Origin: an uncultured Acidobacteriota bacterium
Lineage (GTDB): Bacteria > Acidobacteriota > Thermoanaerobaculia > UBA5066 > Gp7-AA6
Assembly (NCBI GenBank): GCA_963724465.1
Contig: CAVRUT010000005.1
Coordinates: 9,611 to 73,610 of the forward strand
Direction: 5' to 3'
Length of the DNA: 64,000 nucleotides
Part shown: positions 37,087 to 48,987 of the stretch, in pieces
Position numbering within the stretch: position 1 is the stretch's first letter
Layout: every line of letters starts with the position of its first letter
Position numbers and translations under genes: made by a program
Notes under the pieces: model-generated
The model's database searches: none
What the model saw: the letters and a program-made list of their open reading frames with translations, nothing else
What the model was told of the DNA's origin: nothing

Positions 37087-39631
37087 TCACTCGAAGCCTT
37101 CCATCATCCAGATGTCAGAGCCCTGCGGGCGGAAGCGGTCGAAGAGGACCCAGTGTCCGTCGGGCGACCAGACCGGGTAATCGATCCTCGCGTCGGCATC
37201 GTCGAACTCGAACACTCTCTCCGGGGTGACGGCGAAGAGCGGCGAGACCCAGAGCTCCTTGTGAGCGACCACGTCCATGATGCGCGAGCCATCCGGGGAA
37301 AACGACATGTGCGCGCCGCCGGCGATCTCCCCCATCGGCTCGGGCGGTCCTCCGGCCAGCGCGGCCTTCATCATGCGGGCGCTGCTTCCCGGCGTGCGGT
37401 AGAGGACGGCTTTCGCATCCCTCGTCCAGAGGAGGAAGTGCCCCGCGGTGCCGGTGTCCGAAAGAGGCCTCGGATCCGAGCCATCCGGCCGCATGACCCA
37501 GACTTCGAGCCGTCCGCTGCGGTCGGATTGAAAGGCGACGAAGCGCGCATCGGGCGAGAAGGACGGATTCATGTCGAGGGACAAGGTTTCGGTCAGCAGC
37601 CGCAGCGCGCCCGAGGCCGGCTCGACGGTCCAGATGTCCGGGGTTCCCGCGCGGGAGGAGAAGAAGGCGATCGTCTTGCCGTCCGGGGACCAATTCGACT
37701 GGTAATCGCCCCCGGGGCCGCTGGTGAGCTGCCGGCTCGACCCGGCGGCTCGGTCGTAGAGCCAGATGTTCATCTCTCCGGCGCGGTCCGAGTTGAACGC
37801 GATCGAACGGCCGTCCGGCGACCAGGCGCCGCGACTATTCTCCCGATTGGTTGCGATCGTCTCGCGGGGAGGCCCGGTCGGTTGGCCGGTCGCCGGATCC
37901 ACAGGGAGCGATCCACAGCTCGGCGTTCTGGCGGCGGATGGCGAAGGCCAGCCGCGCCCCATCCGAAGAAAGCGCGGGCTCGAGGTCCTGTCCCGCCCCG
38001 GTCGTCACCTGCTGGGGAGCGCCGCGCGGCTTGCCACCGGCAGACACGGCGATCCGCCAGAGGTTCATGCCGCCGCTGCGATACGAGGAGAAATAGATGA
38101 AGCGGCCGGAGGGAGACCAGACGGGTTGGAGATCCTGGAAGAGGTCGTTGGTCACCCACCAAACCTTCTGGGTCTCGAGGTCCACCACCCGCACGTCGAA
38201 CTTGGTGCTCTCCCGGCTCTGGAAGACGATCCGGCGTCCGTCCGGCGACCACCGGGGTCTCCCGTGGGCGATGGCTTCGGACGTATCGCTCGTCAGCTGC
38301 TTGGGGTTGTGCCCCAGCGCATCCACCACCCAGATGCGCCGCTGTCCGGCCCACGGCGCGTCGAAGGCGATACGGCTTCCGTCGGGCGAGAAGGCCGGGT
38401 TGTAAGCGTCCTGGACGAGCTTCGTCTCGCGGCCCGTGGCGCGATCGATCGCCCAGATGTCGCCGTCCCAGTAGTCGCCGAAGACGACCGACGGCTCGAG
38501 CTTCCGGTGGCTCCGGCGAGCGCGCACGAACGCGATCGTCTTCCCTTCGGCCGACCAGGACGGCTGGGTGTCGTCGAACGGGCCATCGGTCAGGCGGGTC
38601 TCGCCGCCGCCCGCGGCGAGGCGTGTGAAGATCTTCCGCACGCCCTCGAAGTCCGCGGCGTACGCGAGCTCGTCGCCGGCAAGGGAGAAAGCGGGCGATT
38701 CCTCGAGGCCTCGCGAGAGCGTCAGCTGCGTCAGCCTCGGGCTCGCGCGGGGACTCGACGCGGAAGTCCGGCGGCCGCGGCCCGGTTTTTCGAGCGCCAT
38801 TCGGATCTCCGCTCGGATTTCCTTCGCGCTCTTGATCCTCCGCTCGGGATCCTTCTCGAGGCATCGACGCAGAAGGCGGCGAACCGATGCCGGGGTCGAG
38901 CGGGGCAGGTGCCCCCACTCGGGCTCGTCGTGAAGGATGGCGGCGAGGCAGTCGGGAACGGTCGCGGCGGCGAAGGCGCGCCGGCCCGTCAGCATTTCGT
39001 AGACGAGGCAGCCGAACGACCAGAGATCCGTCCGGTGGTCGACGGCCTGGGCCCGTGCCTGCTCGGGGCTCATGTAGGCGGGCGTTCCCAGGATCGTGCC
39101 GGCGGCCGTCATCGAGACCGGCGAGGTCGCGACGGCGGAGCCCGCCGGGGCGTCTACGGGTTTGGCGAGGCCGAAGTCGAGGACCTTCGCCCGGCCCTCG
39201 GGCGTCACGCGAACGTTCGAGGGTTTGAGGTCGCGATGAATCACGCCCTTTTCGTGGGCGGCAGCGAGGGCGTCGGCGATCTGTGCCGCGAGGTCGAGGG
39301 CCTCCGGGACCTTGAGCGAGCCGCCAGCGAGCCGAATGTCCAGCGATTCGCCCTCGACGAGCTCCAGAACCAGGAAGCGGATGCCGTCGCGCTCCTCGAG
39401 GCCGTAGATCTGAGCGATGTTGGGATGGTTGAGGGCCGCGAGCATCCGCGCTTCGCGCTCGAAGCGAGCCAGGTGGTCGGGATCGCTTGCCAGGGCGTCG
39501 GAGATGAGCTTCAGCGCGACGTCGCGCTGAAGCCGCGTGTCCCGGGCTCGATGCACCTCTCCCATCCCGCCCGCGCCGAGCGGCACGAGGATCTCGTAGG
39601 GACCGAGACGGGTACCCGGGAGGAGGCTCAT
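37087..39631 (-). CDS. Ser/Thr kinase + PD40 beta-propeller (frameshift near 37900)
   Basis: Kinase motifs in 37835..39631; WSPDG repeats continue in 37087..37962. Confidence 0.9.
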
Positions 39632-39666
39632 GACCCTCCGAATCTCCCGCGGATTCTATCGCCCGG

Positions 39667-41077
39667 TCAGGCGGCCGCGGCGCTTTCGGAGCGGCGCCGG
39701 CGGCGCTCGGCGAGGGCGTAGAGGACGAAACCTGCGCCGAGGAAGCCGAATGAGCCGACGAAGACCTCGACGAAGAAACCGGCCTTGTTCGGGCTGTCGG
39801 CGGGCGGGATCAGGGCGAGGACGATCGCCACGACCGTCGTCAGGAATCCGAGGCCGTTCCAGAAGAGGCTGCCGGCGTTGCCGCCCGGCACCGGAATCGC
39901 TCCGGGCTGCCGGCCGATCTCGGCGCGCAGCTTGATGGCCGACGCGAACATGTACATGTACGGGATGAAGTAGACGATGAGCGTCGCGTTGACGAGCTTC
40001 AGGTACGCGCCCTTGACCGTGTCCCCCTGAGTGGCCGCGACGATGAAGATCGCCGAGAACGCGGCCTGGAACGCCATCGCGAACCACGGCGTCTTCCACT
40101 TCGGATGGGTCTTCGCGAAGATCGGCGGCAGGTACCGGTCGAGGCCTCCGACGAAAAGCAGGCGCGCCGTCGCGATCAGCCAGGCGCCGACGCCGCCGAG
40201 GCCCGCGAGAGTCATCAGTAGCGCCACCGGCGGGCCCAGCCACGACATTCCGTGCTGCGCTCCGGCTTTGGTGATGGCCTGATTGACGCCCGAGATGATC
40301 GAGATCTGGCCGGGCGGCAGCGCCCACATCAGGGAGATCGTGCCCGTGAGGTAGCACCGCCGCGATCGAGAGTCCCGAGATCACGATCGCGCGAGGAAAG
40401 GTCCTCTTGGGGTCGACGACCTCGTCGGCCATGCACGGCGCGAGCTCCAGTCCCGCGAACCCGAAACAGAGGTTGGCGAAAAAGAGGACCATCGGCAGTT
40501 GGCCGAAGTCGGGAATGAGGGAGCTCGCCGTGATCGCCGTCGCCGAGCCCGAGTGGACGAGGGCGATGATGCCGACCACGAGCAGCGCCCCGGACGGCAG
40601 CCACTGAGCAAGGCCCCCGATGTTTTGGACCCACTTCCCCGTCTTCACCCCGACGATGTTGAAGACGAGAGCGATCGCCAGCAGCAGGAGCGACGCTCCC
40701 GCAGCGTAGATCGGGCTCTGCTCGAGGTTGGCGAAGCGCGTTCCGAAGACATACAGAGCGAAGACGACGGTCGAAAGAGTCAGCGTCGGAAAGTAAGTGA
40801 TGTTCGAGGCCCAGTAGAGCCAGCCCGCGAGAAAGCCCTGTCGGTGCCCGAAGGCCTTCGAGGTCCAGACGTAAAGCCCGCCTTCCTCGGGGATCGCCGT
40901 CGTGAGCGCCGTCACGGCGAACCCCTGAGGAATGAAGAAAACGACGGCCGCCAGCACCCAGAGAAATAGCGACGAAGGCCCGTTCGCCGCCGCGAGCGCG
41001 ATCCAGCGCATGCCGACGATCGCGGCGACGTTGAAGAGAACGAGGTCTTTGGTCTTGAGCGCGCGCTCTAAAGGCAT
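39667..41077 (-). CDS. APC-family amino acid permease (frameshift near 40350)
   Basis: IPEEGGLYVWT, FAGLELA, DPKRTFPRA, HPKWKTP; multi-TM. Confidence 0.88.
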
Positions 41078-41097
41078 GCGGGAGATCCCTTTCGATG

Positions 41098-41167
41098 CAT
41101 CCCCCCGGCGCCGATCTGGCCGAGGACCTCGTAGGGTCCGAGCTTCGAGGCCGGCGGCAAGCGTCAT
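41098..41167 (-). pseudogene. 5' stub (~23 codons) of a deleted kinase gene
   Basis: MTLAAG[fs][17 protein letters not shown], nearly identical to the starts at 43824 and 46274, with ATGA overlap on the upstream stop. Confidence 0.8.
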
Positions 41168-43824
41168 GGCTTCTTGAAGGCCGCGGCCCAGTTGACGAGC
41201 ACGTTGATCGGCTCTTCCTTCGACGAGATCTGCTGGTTGACGAGAAAGCGCTGGCCGTCGGCGAAGACGTCGTACTGAGGATCGATATATTCGGGCACGG
41301 CGACCTTGAAGAGCGGCGCCGCGGCTTCGGTCTGAAAGGGCGCGGCGCCTGTCACCCGTGCGGCCATCAGCATGCCGTCGGGCGCCAGGTAGTAGATCTC
41401 GCGGCCGTCGCCTCTCCAGGCTGGCGTCTGGCCGCCGCGGTTCGAGACCCTCCAGGTGGCGCCGGTTTCGCGGAACGGCCGGACGTAGACCTCCGAGGCG
41501 CCCGAGACATCCGATGTGTATGCCACCCACCGGCCGTCGGGAGAGAAACGGGAATTACTTTCGTTGAAGGGTGTCGCCAGAAATGGAACTGGCTTTCGAT
41601 CCCCCTCGAGAGGAAGCAGCCAGAGGTCCCGCCGGGTTTGAGGGGTGGTGACGTTGAAGATCAGCGAGCGGCCGTCCGGCGCCCACGATTCGGGGGTCTT
41701 CGAGCCTTCGCTCGCCAGAAGAAGCTCCTCGCTGCCCGGCTGGTCGGCCCGCATGATGTAGAGGTCTCCCGAGGCTCCCTTGCGGGTGGAGTCGAAGACC
41801 AGTCGCGTTCCGTCCGGAGACCAGATCGGGTTCGTGTCGTCCGCCGGGTCGAGCGTCATGCGCGTGGCGACGTTTCGCGCGATGTCGATCATCCAGATGT
41901 CCCGGACGTTGCTCTCGGTCACCGCCCGCGCGATCGCCAGCCGCTGCCCGTCCGGGGAGAGGCGAGGACTGTCCCAGGCGCCGGCCTCCGCGAGCCTGCC
42001 GATCTCGTGTCCCTGGCGATCGAACAGGACCGGCTGGCTCGTCGAGCTCGGTTGCGTGCGCCAGGAAAGCGTGCCGTCCAGGGACGCCGAAAGGGCTCGC
42101 TGGCCGCTTGCCTGCGCATTCGAAGGGAGATCCACGCCGAGAGGGGCGGCGTCTCCGTGAACCTCCAGACGGTCGGCGTCGAATGCCTGTGCGACCAGAG
42201 TGCCGCCGCGGACGAACAGGAGATATCCGGGGGACGCGTAGACGGCGAGCGAGCTCGACTGAGTGATGTGCTTCACGTTGCCCGAACCGAGGTCTCCCAC
42301 GAAGATCTCGCCGGGCTCCTGCTCCGCCGCCTTCGGCTGCGTAGTAGAGGAAATGCCGTCCGTCCGGGAGAAACCACGGCCAGCGATGCGTGCCCTCGTT
42401 TCGCCCCTTGTCCAGGGTCGTGGCCGGCGTGGGCTTTCCTCCCGAGGCGGAAACCAGCATCAGGGGCCCGGTGAAAGTGGGGGCGAAGACGATTCGGCCG
42501 TCTGCGCCCCAGGATGCGCCGCGGACGTCCGGCGTCGCGGGCGCGACCGTCTGGGGCGGCCCACCGGAGATCGCGATTCGCTTGAGCTCTCCGCCGGCGA
42601 AGAACCCCACCGACTTGCCGTCGGGCGACCAGAAAGGAAGCTCGGCGCCTTCGGTTCCGCGCAACATTTCCGCCCTGGGATCCCCGAGCGCGCGAATCCA
42701 GAGCATCGTCGCGCCGCCCGGCTCCCTTGCGGTGAAGGCCAGACGGCTGCCGTCTTGCGCGAGCGCGATGGTCCCCACGACCCGCTGGTTCTGCGGCGCA
42801 GCGACTTCGAAACGAATCGGCCGGCCCGGGGAGATCTCGAGCGGATCGGTGCCCGATCGTGAGCAGGCTCGCCGCGATCGCTCCGGCGAGAAGTCCCGCA
42901 ATGCCCCAGAGCAAGCCGCGGGGAATTCGGCGGCTCGGGGGCCAGCGCGCCGGCAACGACGCTCGCCGGAGCCTTCCGAGAGGGATTGAAGGGCGAACGC
43001 GATGTCGCTCGAGGACTGGAACCTTCGCTCGGGGTTCTTCTCGAGGCAGTGGCGGACGATGCGCTCGAGGCCGGGGGAGATGTTCTGGTTGGTGACGGAA
43101 AGGTCCGGCGGGTCCTCCTTGAGGATCGCCGCCATCGTCTCGCCGGCCGAGTCGCCGTGGAAGGCGCGCTTGCCCGAGAGCATCTCGTAGAGGATGGCGC
43201 CGAACGCGAAGATGTCCGACGCGCGTCGGCCGGCTTGCCCTTGACCTGCTCGGGAGACATGTAGCCGAGCGTGCCCATGACGACGCCGGGCTCGGTGGCC
43301 GGCCGCGGCGGTCGGGAGGTTCGTCGCCTGGCGCCCGGCTCGACCTCGGTCAGCTTGGCCAGGCCGAAGTCGAGGATCTTGACGCGGCCGTCTTTCGTGA
43401 CGAAGAGGTTCTCGGGCTTCAGGTCCCGGTGGACGATCCCCTTCTCGTGCGCCGCGGCGAGGCCCTGCGCGATCTGGAGGGCGTAGTCGATCGCCTTGCG
43501 CGGCGAGAAGCGGCCGGCCGCGAGCTCCGCCCGCAGGGTCTCGCCCTCGAGCAGCTCCTGGACGACGTACGGCGCGCCGTCGTGCGAGCCGATGTCGTAG
43601 ACCGCGGTGATGTTCGGGTGGTTGAGGACGCCGGCGGCCTTCGCCTCCTGCTCGAAGCGGCGCAGCCGATCGGCGTCTGCCGAGAAGGAGGCCGGCAGGA
43701 CCTTGATCGCGACCTCGCGCCCGAGCCGCGGGTCCTTCGCGCGGTAGACCTCTCCCATCCCGCCGGCGCCGATCGGCGCGAGGATCTCGTAGGGGCCGAG
43801 CTTCGAGCCGGCGGCGAGCGTCAT
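41164..43824 (-). CDS. Ser/Thr kinase + TM + PD40 beta-propeller (several frameshifts)
   Basis: Kinase motifs, [36 protein letters not shown] repeats. Confidence 0.88.
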
Positions 43825-46274
43825 CCGATCCCGCCGAGTATCCCCGGGGGCATCGGGCCCGGGGCTCTCGCGAGTTTCGGAGCCCTCCCGTCGCGGCCGG
43901 TTCGCCGCAGAAGGTCGGCGAATCGCGGATCCGAGCGCAGGGGCTCGAGCCTCGGATCGAGGGGCAGGTAGGCGAGAACGGTCGAGCGCTCCTGATAGGC
44001 CCTCTCCAGAAACTCGAAGGCTCGGTCCTTCTCTCCCAGCCCCGCGTGGATGAGCGCGGAGTAGTAGGAGGGTACATAGGCCTTGCGCGATTGCTCCTGG
44101 AGCTCTTCGAGGACCTTTCGAGCTTCCGCGGACTTACCGGCGAGGGCATAGGCGTGCGCCAGGGACGCCTTGAAGTTCTTGCTCGGCGAAAGACTGGCGG
44201 CCTTCTGGATCGAAGAGATCGCCTCGGGAAACCTTCGCTTCTGCTCGTGGACGAGGCCGATTCCCCAGTGCACGATCGGGTCGTTGGGGTCCAGCTTCTG
44301 GATTTCCAGGAGCTTCTGAAGGGCCACTTCGTACTGGCCTCGAAAGTAGGAGAGCAGGGCCGTGTTCGCCCTGAGCGAGAGGGACCGAGGATCCAGCTCC
44401 TCGGCGCGCCGGATCTCGCCGAGAGCCTCATCCGGCCGGCCGGCCGCTGCGAGGAACCGGCTGTAGGAGAAGTGAACGTCGGCGTGACTCGGCCTGAGCT
44501 CGAGGGCCCTCCGGAACTCTCGATCGGCCAGCGCCCAGTCCCACTCGAAGTAGGCGTGGATGTAGGCGAGAGAGGCGTGGGCTTCCGCGAGGTTCGGGTC
44601 GAGCTCCAGGGATTTCTGGGCCGCGGAGCGGGCCTTCGGGAAGACTTCGGCCGGCGAAAGCGCGCTGTAAAACGGAAGGATCGAGTAGTAGCTGGCAATG
44701 CCGGCGTAGGGGGCGGCGTAGTCCTTGTCGATCGAGAGGGCCAGGTTGAATTGCTCCAGCGCCTTCTCGAGGTCCTCCTCCGTTCCCCGGTCGAGGAACG
44801 AACGGCCGAGCAGGTAGGCTTCGTAGGCTCGCGGGTCGATGCGGCGTTCCGCGCTCAGCCGAGCCGTTTCCGCGGTCGTCAGGTTCGCCTCGACCTGTCG
44901 GGCCACCTCGCGTGCCACCTCGCCCTGCAGCGTCAAGACGTCCTGCATGTTGCTCTCGAAGGTCTTCGCCCAGAGGTGCGTGTCGCTGCGCGCATTGATC
45001 AGCTCGGATGTGATCCGGACCCGATCCCCGACGCGCGCCACCGTGCCCTCCAGCACCGCATCGACACCGAGCTCGCGGGCGATGTCCGGCAACGGCTTCT
45101 TCGTCCCCTTGTACTGCATGGCGGAGGTTCCCGAGATGACCTTGAGCGCGCCGATCTGGGCCAGGCTCGCCGTCAGGGCGTCGGTCATTCCGTCGGCGAA
45201 GTATTCCTGCCGCGGCTCGGGAGACAGATCCCTCAGCGGGAGCACGGCCACCGACGAGACCCGGCCGGGTCGGAGCCTTGCCAGGAGCTCGCGTCGCAGT
45301 CCCCCGTTAGTGGCCAGGACGATGAGCAGCACGGCCAGGACGAGAGCGGCCATCGCAGCCGGGCGGAGGGCGCGGGCCGTCGGGCGGACGGCGGATCCCG
45401 GTGGCCGAGCACCGGACGCGCTCTCTTCGATGCCGAAGGCGAGATCCCCGGCGGACTGGAACCTCTGCTCCGGGTTTTTCTCGAGGCAGTGCCTCAGGAC
45501 GCGCTCGACGCCGGGCGAGATGGTCGGGTCGGCGATCGAGAGATCCGGCGGATCGTCTCGGAGGATCGCCATCATCGTGTCGGCGGCGGACTCGCCCGCG
45601 AACGCTCGGCTGCCCGAGAGCATCTCGTAGAGCACCGCCCCGAAGGAAAAGATGTCCGAGCGGGCGTCGGCGGGCTTGCCGCGCACCTGTTCGGGGGCCA
45701 TGTAGCCCAGGGTCCCGAGGACGACGCCGGGCTCGGTCTCGGGTGCCGCCGTCGGGACCGCGGTCTGTTGCAGCGTCTGGGTCTCGGGCTGGAGGAGTTT
45801 GGCCAGCCCGAAGTCCAGGATCTTGACGCGGCCGTCCCGGGTGACGAAGAGGTTGTCGGGCTTCAGGTCGCGGTGGATGATGCCCTTGTCGTGAGCGGCC
45901 GCAAGGCCCTGGGCCGTCTGCAGCGCGTAGTCGATCGCCTGGCGCGGAGGGAGGCGCCCACGCGCGAGGATCGAGCGCAGCGTCTCGCCCTCGAGCAGCT
46001 CCTGGACGACGTAGGGCGCGCCGTCCGTCGGGTTCGTCCCGATGTCGTAGACGGTGGTGACGTTGGGATGATTCAAGAGCCCGGCCGCCTTGGCTTCCTG
46101 CTCGAAACGGCGCAGACGATCCGGTTCCTGCGCGAAGGACGAGGGCAGCACCTTGATCGCCACTTCGCGCGAGAGGCGCGGATCTCTCGCCCGGTACACC
46201 TCCCCCATCCCCCCGGCGCCGATCTGGCCGAGGATCTCGTAGGGTCCGAGCTTGGAGCCGGCCGCGAGGGTCAC
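43821..46274 (-). CDS. Ser/Thr kinase + TM + TolB-N + TPR
   Basis: Intact 817-aa ORF; [22 protein letters not shown] repeats, LRSDPRF. Confidence 0.92.
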   Translation of the reverse strand: MTLAAGSKLGPYEILGQIGAGGMGEVYRARDPRLSREVAIKVLPSSFAQEPDRLRRFEQEAKAAGLLNHPNVTTVYDIGTNPTDGAPYVVQELLEGETLRSILARGRLPPRQAIDYALQTAQGLAAAHDKGIIHRDLKPDNLFVTRDGRVKILDFGLAKLLQPETQTLQQTAVPTAAPETEPGVVLGTLGYMAPEQVRGKPADARSDIFSFGAVLYEMLSGSRAFAGESAADTMMAILRDDPPDLSIADPTISPGVERVLRHCLEKNPEQRFQSAGDLAFGIEESASGARPPGSAVRPTARALRPAAMAALVLAVLLIVLATNGGLRRELLARLRPGRVSSVAVLPLRDLSPEPRQEYFADGMTDALTASLAQIGALKVISGTSAMQYKGTKKPLPDIARELGVDAVLEGTVARVGDRVRITSELINARSDTHLWAKTFESNMQDVLTLQGEVAREVARQVEANLTTAETARLSAERRIDPRAYEAYLLGRSFLDRGTEEDLEKALEQFNLALSIDKDYAAPYAGIASYYSILPFYSALSPAEVFPKARSAAQKSLELDPNLAEAHASLAYIHAYFEWDWALADREFRRALELRPSHADVHFSYSRFLAAAGRPDEALGEIRRAEELDPRSLSLRANTALLSYFRGQYEVALQKLLEIQKLDPNDPIVHWGIGLVHEQKRRFPEAISSIQKAASLSPSKNFKASLAHAYALAGKSAEARKVLEELQEQSRKAYVPSYYSALIHAGLGEKDRAFEFLERAYQERSTVLAYLPLDPRLEPLRSDPRFADLLRRTGRDGRAPKLARAPGPMPPGILGGIG

Positions 46275-46300
46275 GTGGCCGGGATTCTATCCGCGGCGCA

Positions 46301-46630
46301 TCAACCGTCGCAGCCCGCCGCGACGGCGAGCGCGCGGCAGACCTCCGACATCTTGCGGGGGCCAACGCTGCCCACGAAACCGGTGAGGCGGTTCTTCTCC
46401 ACGGTCTGGACGTGATCGAGGTTCACGGCCGAGGGGTGTTTCAGACCCTCGTCGATGCCGACGAGAACTTCGCTCGGCGCTCCCCGGATCGTGGACGTGA
46501 CAGGGGCGACCATGACCGTGTGCAGGAGCCCGATGACCTCCTGCCGCGACAGGACGAGCACGGGCCGGCGCTTGTCGGGCGACGAGAGGCGATAGGACCA
46601 GATCTCTCCGCGGTTTACTTCTCGGGCCAC
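46301..46630 (-). CDS. mazF: MazF/PemK-family toxin
   Basis: RGEIW...DKRRPVLVLSR...VAPVTST...SAVNLDHVQTV. Confidence 0.88.
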   Translation of the reverse strand: MAREVNRGEIWSYRLSSPDKRRPVLVLSRQEVIGLLHTVMVAPVTSTIRGAPSEVLVGIDEGLKHPSAVNLDHVQTVEKNRLTGFVGSVGPRKMSEVCRALAVAAGCDG

Positions 46631-46848
46631 GTGCCTTGGTTCTCCCAGCCGGCGAACTCGTCGCCGAGGCCTCCCGACGGAGAGTAAGCCCTCCGGTATT
46701 GCTCGGAGACGCGCTTTGCGCGGCGCCTGCGCAGATACTCGGCCGCGGCGCGGCGCAGCACAGCGGAGCGTCCGAGCTCCCGCACTTCTTCGTCGGCGTC
46801 GAGGCGCCGCAGAAGCGGCTCGTCGAAGAGGACCTGTACAGCTTTCAT
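46615..46848 (-). CDS. RHH antitoxin
   Basis: MKAVQVLFDEPLLRRLD...RSAVLRRAAAEYL, acidic C-terminus, overlaps the toxin start. Confidence 0.82.
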   Translation of the reverse strand: MKAVQVLFDEPLLRRLDADEEVRELGRSAVLRRAAAEYLRRRRAKRVSEQYRRAYSPSGGLGDEFAGWENQGTWPEK

Positions 46849-46928
46849 GTGGATAGAATACCACCATACATCGGCGGGCACGGCCACTGACCGGTGCGCA
46901 AGAAGGCCTGATTTCGGGCCTCGATCGG

Positions 46929-48983
46929 TTAGGGATGGCCCGGGCTCGGGCGGGTGGCGCGCTCGATTTCCTCGGTCGAGTAGGGCAGCCCCGGCGTCAG
47001 GATCTCGTGGCCGTTCGGCGTGACGAGGATCATGTCCTCGAGGTAGAAGCCCTGGCCGTCGACCGAGAAGATCGGCTCGAAATCGACCGTCATCCCGGTG
47101 CGCAGGACCTCCGGAGCGCCCTCGGCGCTGTCGAGGCCGACGCCGTGGATCTCCCACCAGTGGAGGCCGTCCGTGGCCAGCAGCGTTTCGGCGGCCTTCT
47201 TGCCGAGCGGCGTGCCGAGGGCCGGCTGTCGGCGGCGAACCTCCGCCAGGCTGGCCGCGAAGACGTCGTCCCGTCGGGCCCCGTCGCGAAAGACCGCGAG
47301 CCCCGCACGATAGGCCGCGACGAGGAGGTCCCAGGTCTCGCGCTGGCCAGCGTCGAATCGGCCGGACACCGGGGCGGTGCGGCCGACGTCGCCCTTGTAG
47401 TGATCGAGGTCGCAGCCCACGTCGACGCGGACGACCTCGCCCGCCTTCATCGTGCGGTTCGAGTGCCGATAGTCGCCGAGCGACTCGAAAGGCGCCGGGA
47501 AGGCGCTGGAGGGGCCGGTCATCACCCAGGGCCAGAAGGATGGCCCCTCGCCGCCGGCGGCGATGCAGGCCGACACGACCCTCGCCTCCGCCTCCCGCTG
47601 CGCACGGCCGGGCTCGAGCGCCTCGAGTCCCGCGCGCAGGGCGTCGGCGCTGGCCCTGCCGACGCGGCGCAGGACCTCGATCTCGGCCGGGCTCTTCACG
47701 AGGCGCATCTCGGCGAGCAGCGCGTTCGCATTCCGGATTCGCGAGTGGGGCCAGATCTCGCCGAGGGCGTGGCTCCACGCCATCCCGGGGTCGTCGAGAG
47801 CCGCCTCGAGCGGCGGCGCGGCATGCTCGCCTCCGGCGCCCGGCGCATAGAGAATGAGGGGAGGCTTCGCTTGCTCACGGCGCACCAGGAAGGCCGCGAG
47901 GTCCTTGCGGTCGACGACGTGGTCGAGGCCGAGCCGCTTCGCGCCGGCGTCGCCCTGCTCGACGAGGAGATTCTCGAGAAGGCCCGCCGCGCCGCGGAGC
48001 CTCGCCGGCGCGAAGAGCCACGTCTCCTTCGCGGCGCCGTCGATCGCGAGAACGGCGCCGGCGGCGCTCGGAAGTCCGGTGAGGTAGAAGAAGTTCGGAT
48101 CCTGCTGGAAAGCGGCAAGGTAGTCCTGATCGGAGTGGAAGGTGAACCCGCGCGAGCGCACGAGAAGGATCCCGTCGGGAACGCGGCGCATCGCTTCTGT
48201 GCGCCGGGCGCGGAACTCGGAGACGGGCAGCTCCCGGTTTGTGGCGCCGTCGACCACGAACGTCTGGTTCTGCTGCGGGACGAGTCGGTCCTGGAAGGCC
48301 TGCACCTTCTCGTCGGAAGTCTGGTGGTAACAGACGACGCGCCTGGCGTCGACGCGTCCCTGCTTCTCGAGGACTGCATCCAGCAACCAGGGAGAGACGA
48401 AGGCGACGTCGAGATCCCGCATGGCCAGAAGCTGGTCGGGGCTGTCGGTGTCGCCGGTGAAGTAGAGGCGGCGGCCGTGCCAGGTCACAAGATACGAGTA
48501 GTGCTCGATTGGGCCGTGCGGCGTGCGGAAGGCTTCGATCTCGATGTCGCGATACGACATTTTCGTGGCGAACGGGATCACCCGGGTCACCCCGATTTTC
48601 GCCTCGACCGAGGGCGGGGCGATGAGCATCGCGTCCATCTTTGCGAAGAGCGGCGCGTCAAAATGGTCGCGGTGCCCGTGCGTGATCAGACACAGCGCTC
48701 CCGGCGCCTTCGGCACGGCGCCGAAGTCGTAGGTCATGTAGCCCGAGTACCCCGACTCGTAGGGGAAGTCCGTATAGAGCGTCGTCTTCCCGTCGCTGAT
48801 CGCGAAGGCCATGTTCCCGATAAAGCGCGCCTGGAGCGGGGCGGGCTCCGCGGCACTGAGGGAGGGGACGAGGATCGCGAGGATTGCCATCCCGAGGGCA
48901 ACGAGGGATCCGTGGCTCGATGAGTGCGGGATCCCTCGTTGCCGCGCTCCTCGGGATGACGTCGTGGAGGCTTGCGCCCTCAC
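46929..48983 (-). CDS. Secreted MBL-fold + Xaa-Pro aminopeptidase (M24B) fusion (start 48983 or 48890)
   Basis: THGHRDH and FTGDT in the N-half; QDPNFFYLTG, VKSPAE, DVG..D..GD, HGVGL, EP and LED in the C-half. Confidence 0.82.
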   Translation of the reverse strand: MRAQASTTSSRGARQRGIPHSSSHGSLVALGMAILAILVPSLSAAEPAPLQARFIGNMAFAISDGKTTLYTDFPYESGYSGYMTYDFGAVPKAPGALCLITHGHRDHFDAPLFAKMDAMLIAPPSVEAKIGVTRVIPFATKMSYRDIEIEAFRTPHGPIEHYSYLVTWHGRRLYFTGDTDSPDQLLAMRDLDVAFVSPWLLDAVLEKQGRVDARRVVCYHQTSDEKVQAFQDRLVPQQNQTFVVDGATNRELPVSEFRARRTEAMRRVPDGILLVRSRGFTFHSDQDYLAAFQQDPNFFYLTGLPSAAGAVLAIDGAAKETWLFAPARLRGAAGLLENLLVEQGDAGAKRLGLDHVVDRKDLAAFLVRREQAKPPLILYAPGAGGEHAAPPLEAALDDPGMAWSHALGEIWPHSRIRNANALLAEMRLVKSPAEIEVLRRVGRASADALRAGLEALEPGRAQREAEARVVSACIAAGGEGPSFWPWVMTGPSSAFPAPFESLGDYRHSNRTMKAGEVVRVDVGCDLDHYKGDVGRTAPVSGRFDAGQRETWDLLVAAYRAGLAVFRDGARRDDVFAASLAEVRRRQPALGTPLGKKAAETLLATDGLHWWEIHGVGLDSAEGAPEVLRTGMTVDFEPIFSVDGQGFYLEDMILVTPNGHEILTPGLPYSTEEIERATRPSPGHP

Positions 48984-48987
48984 GACG

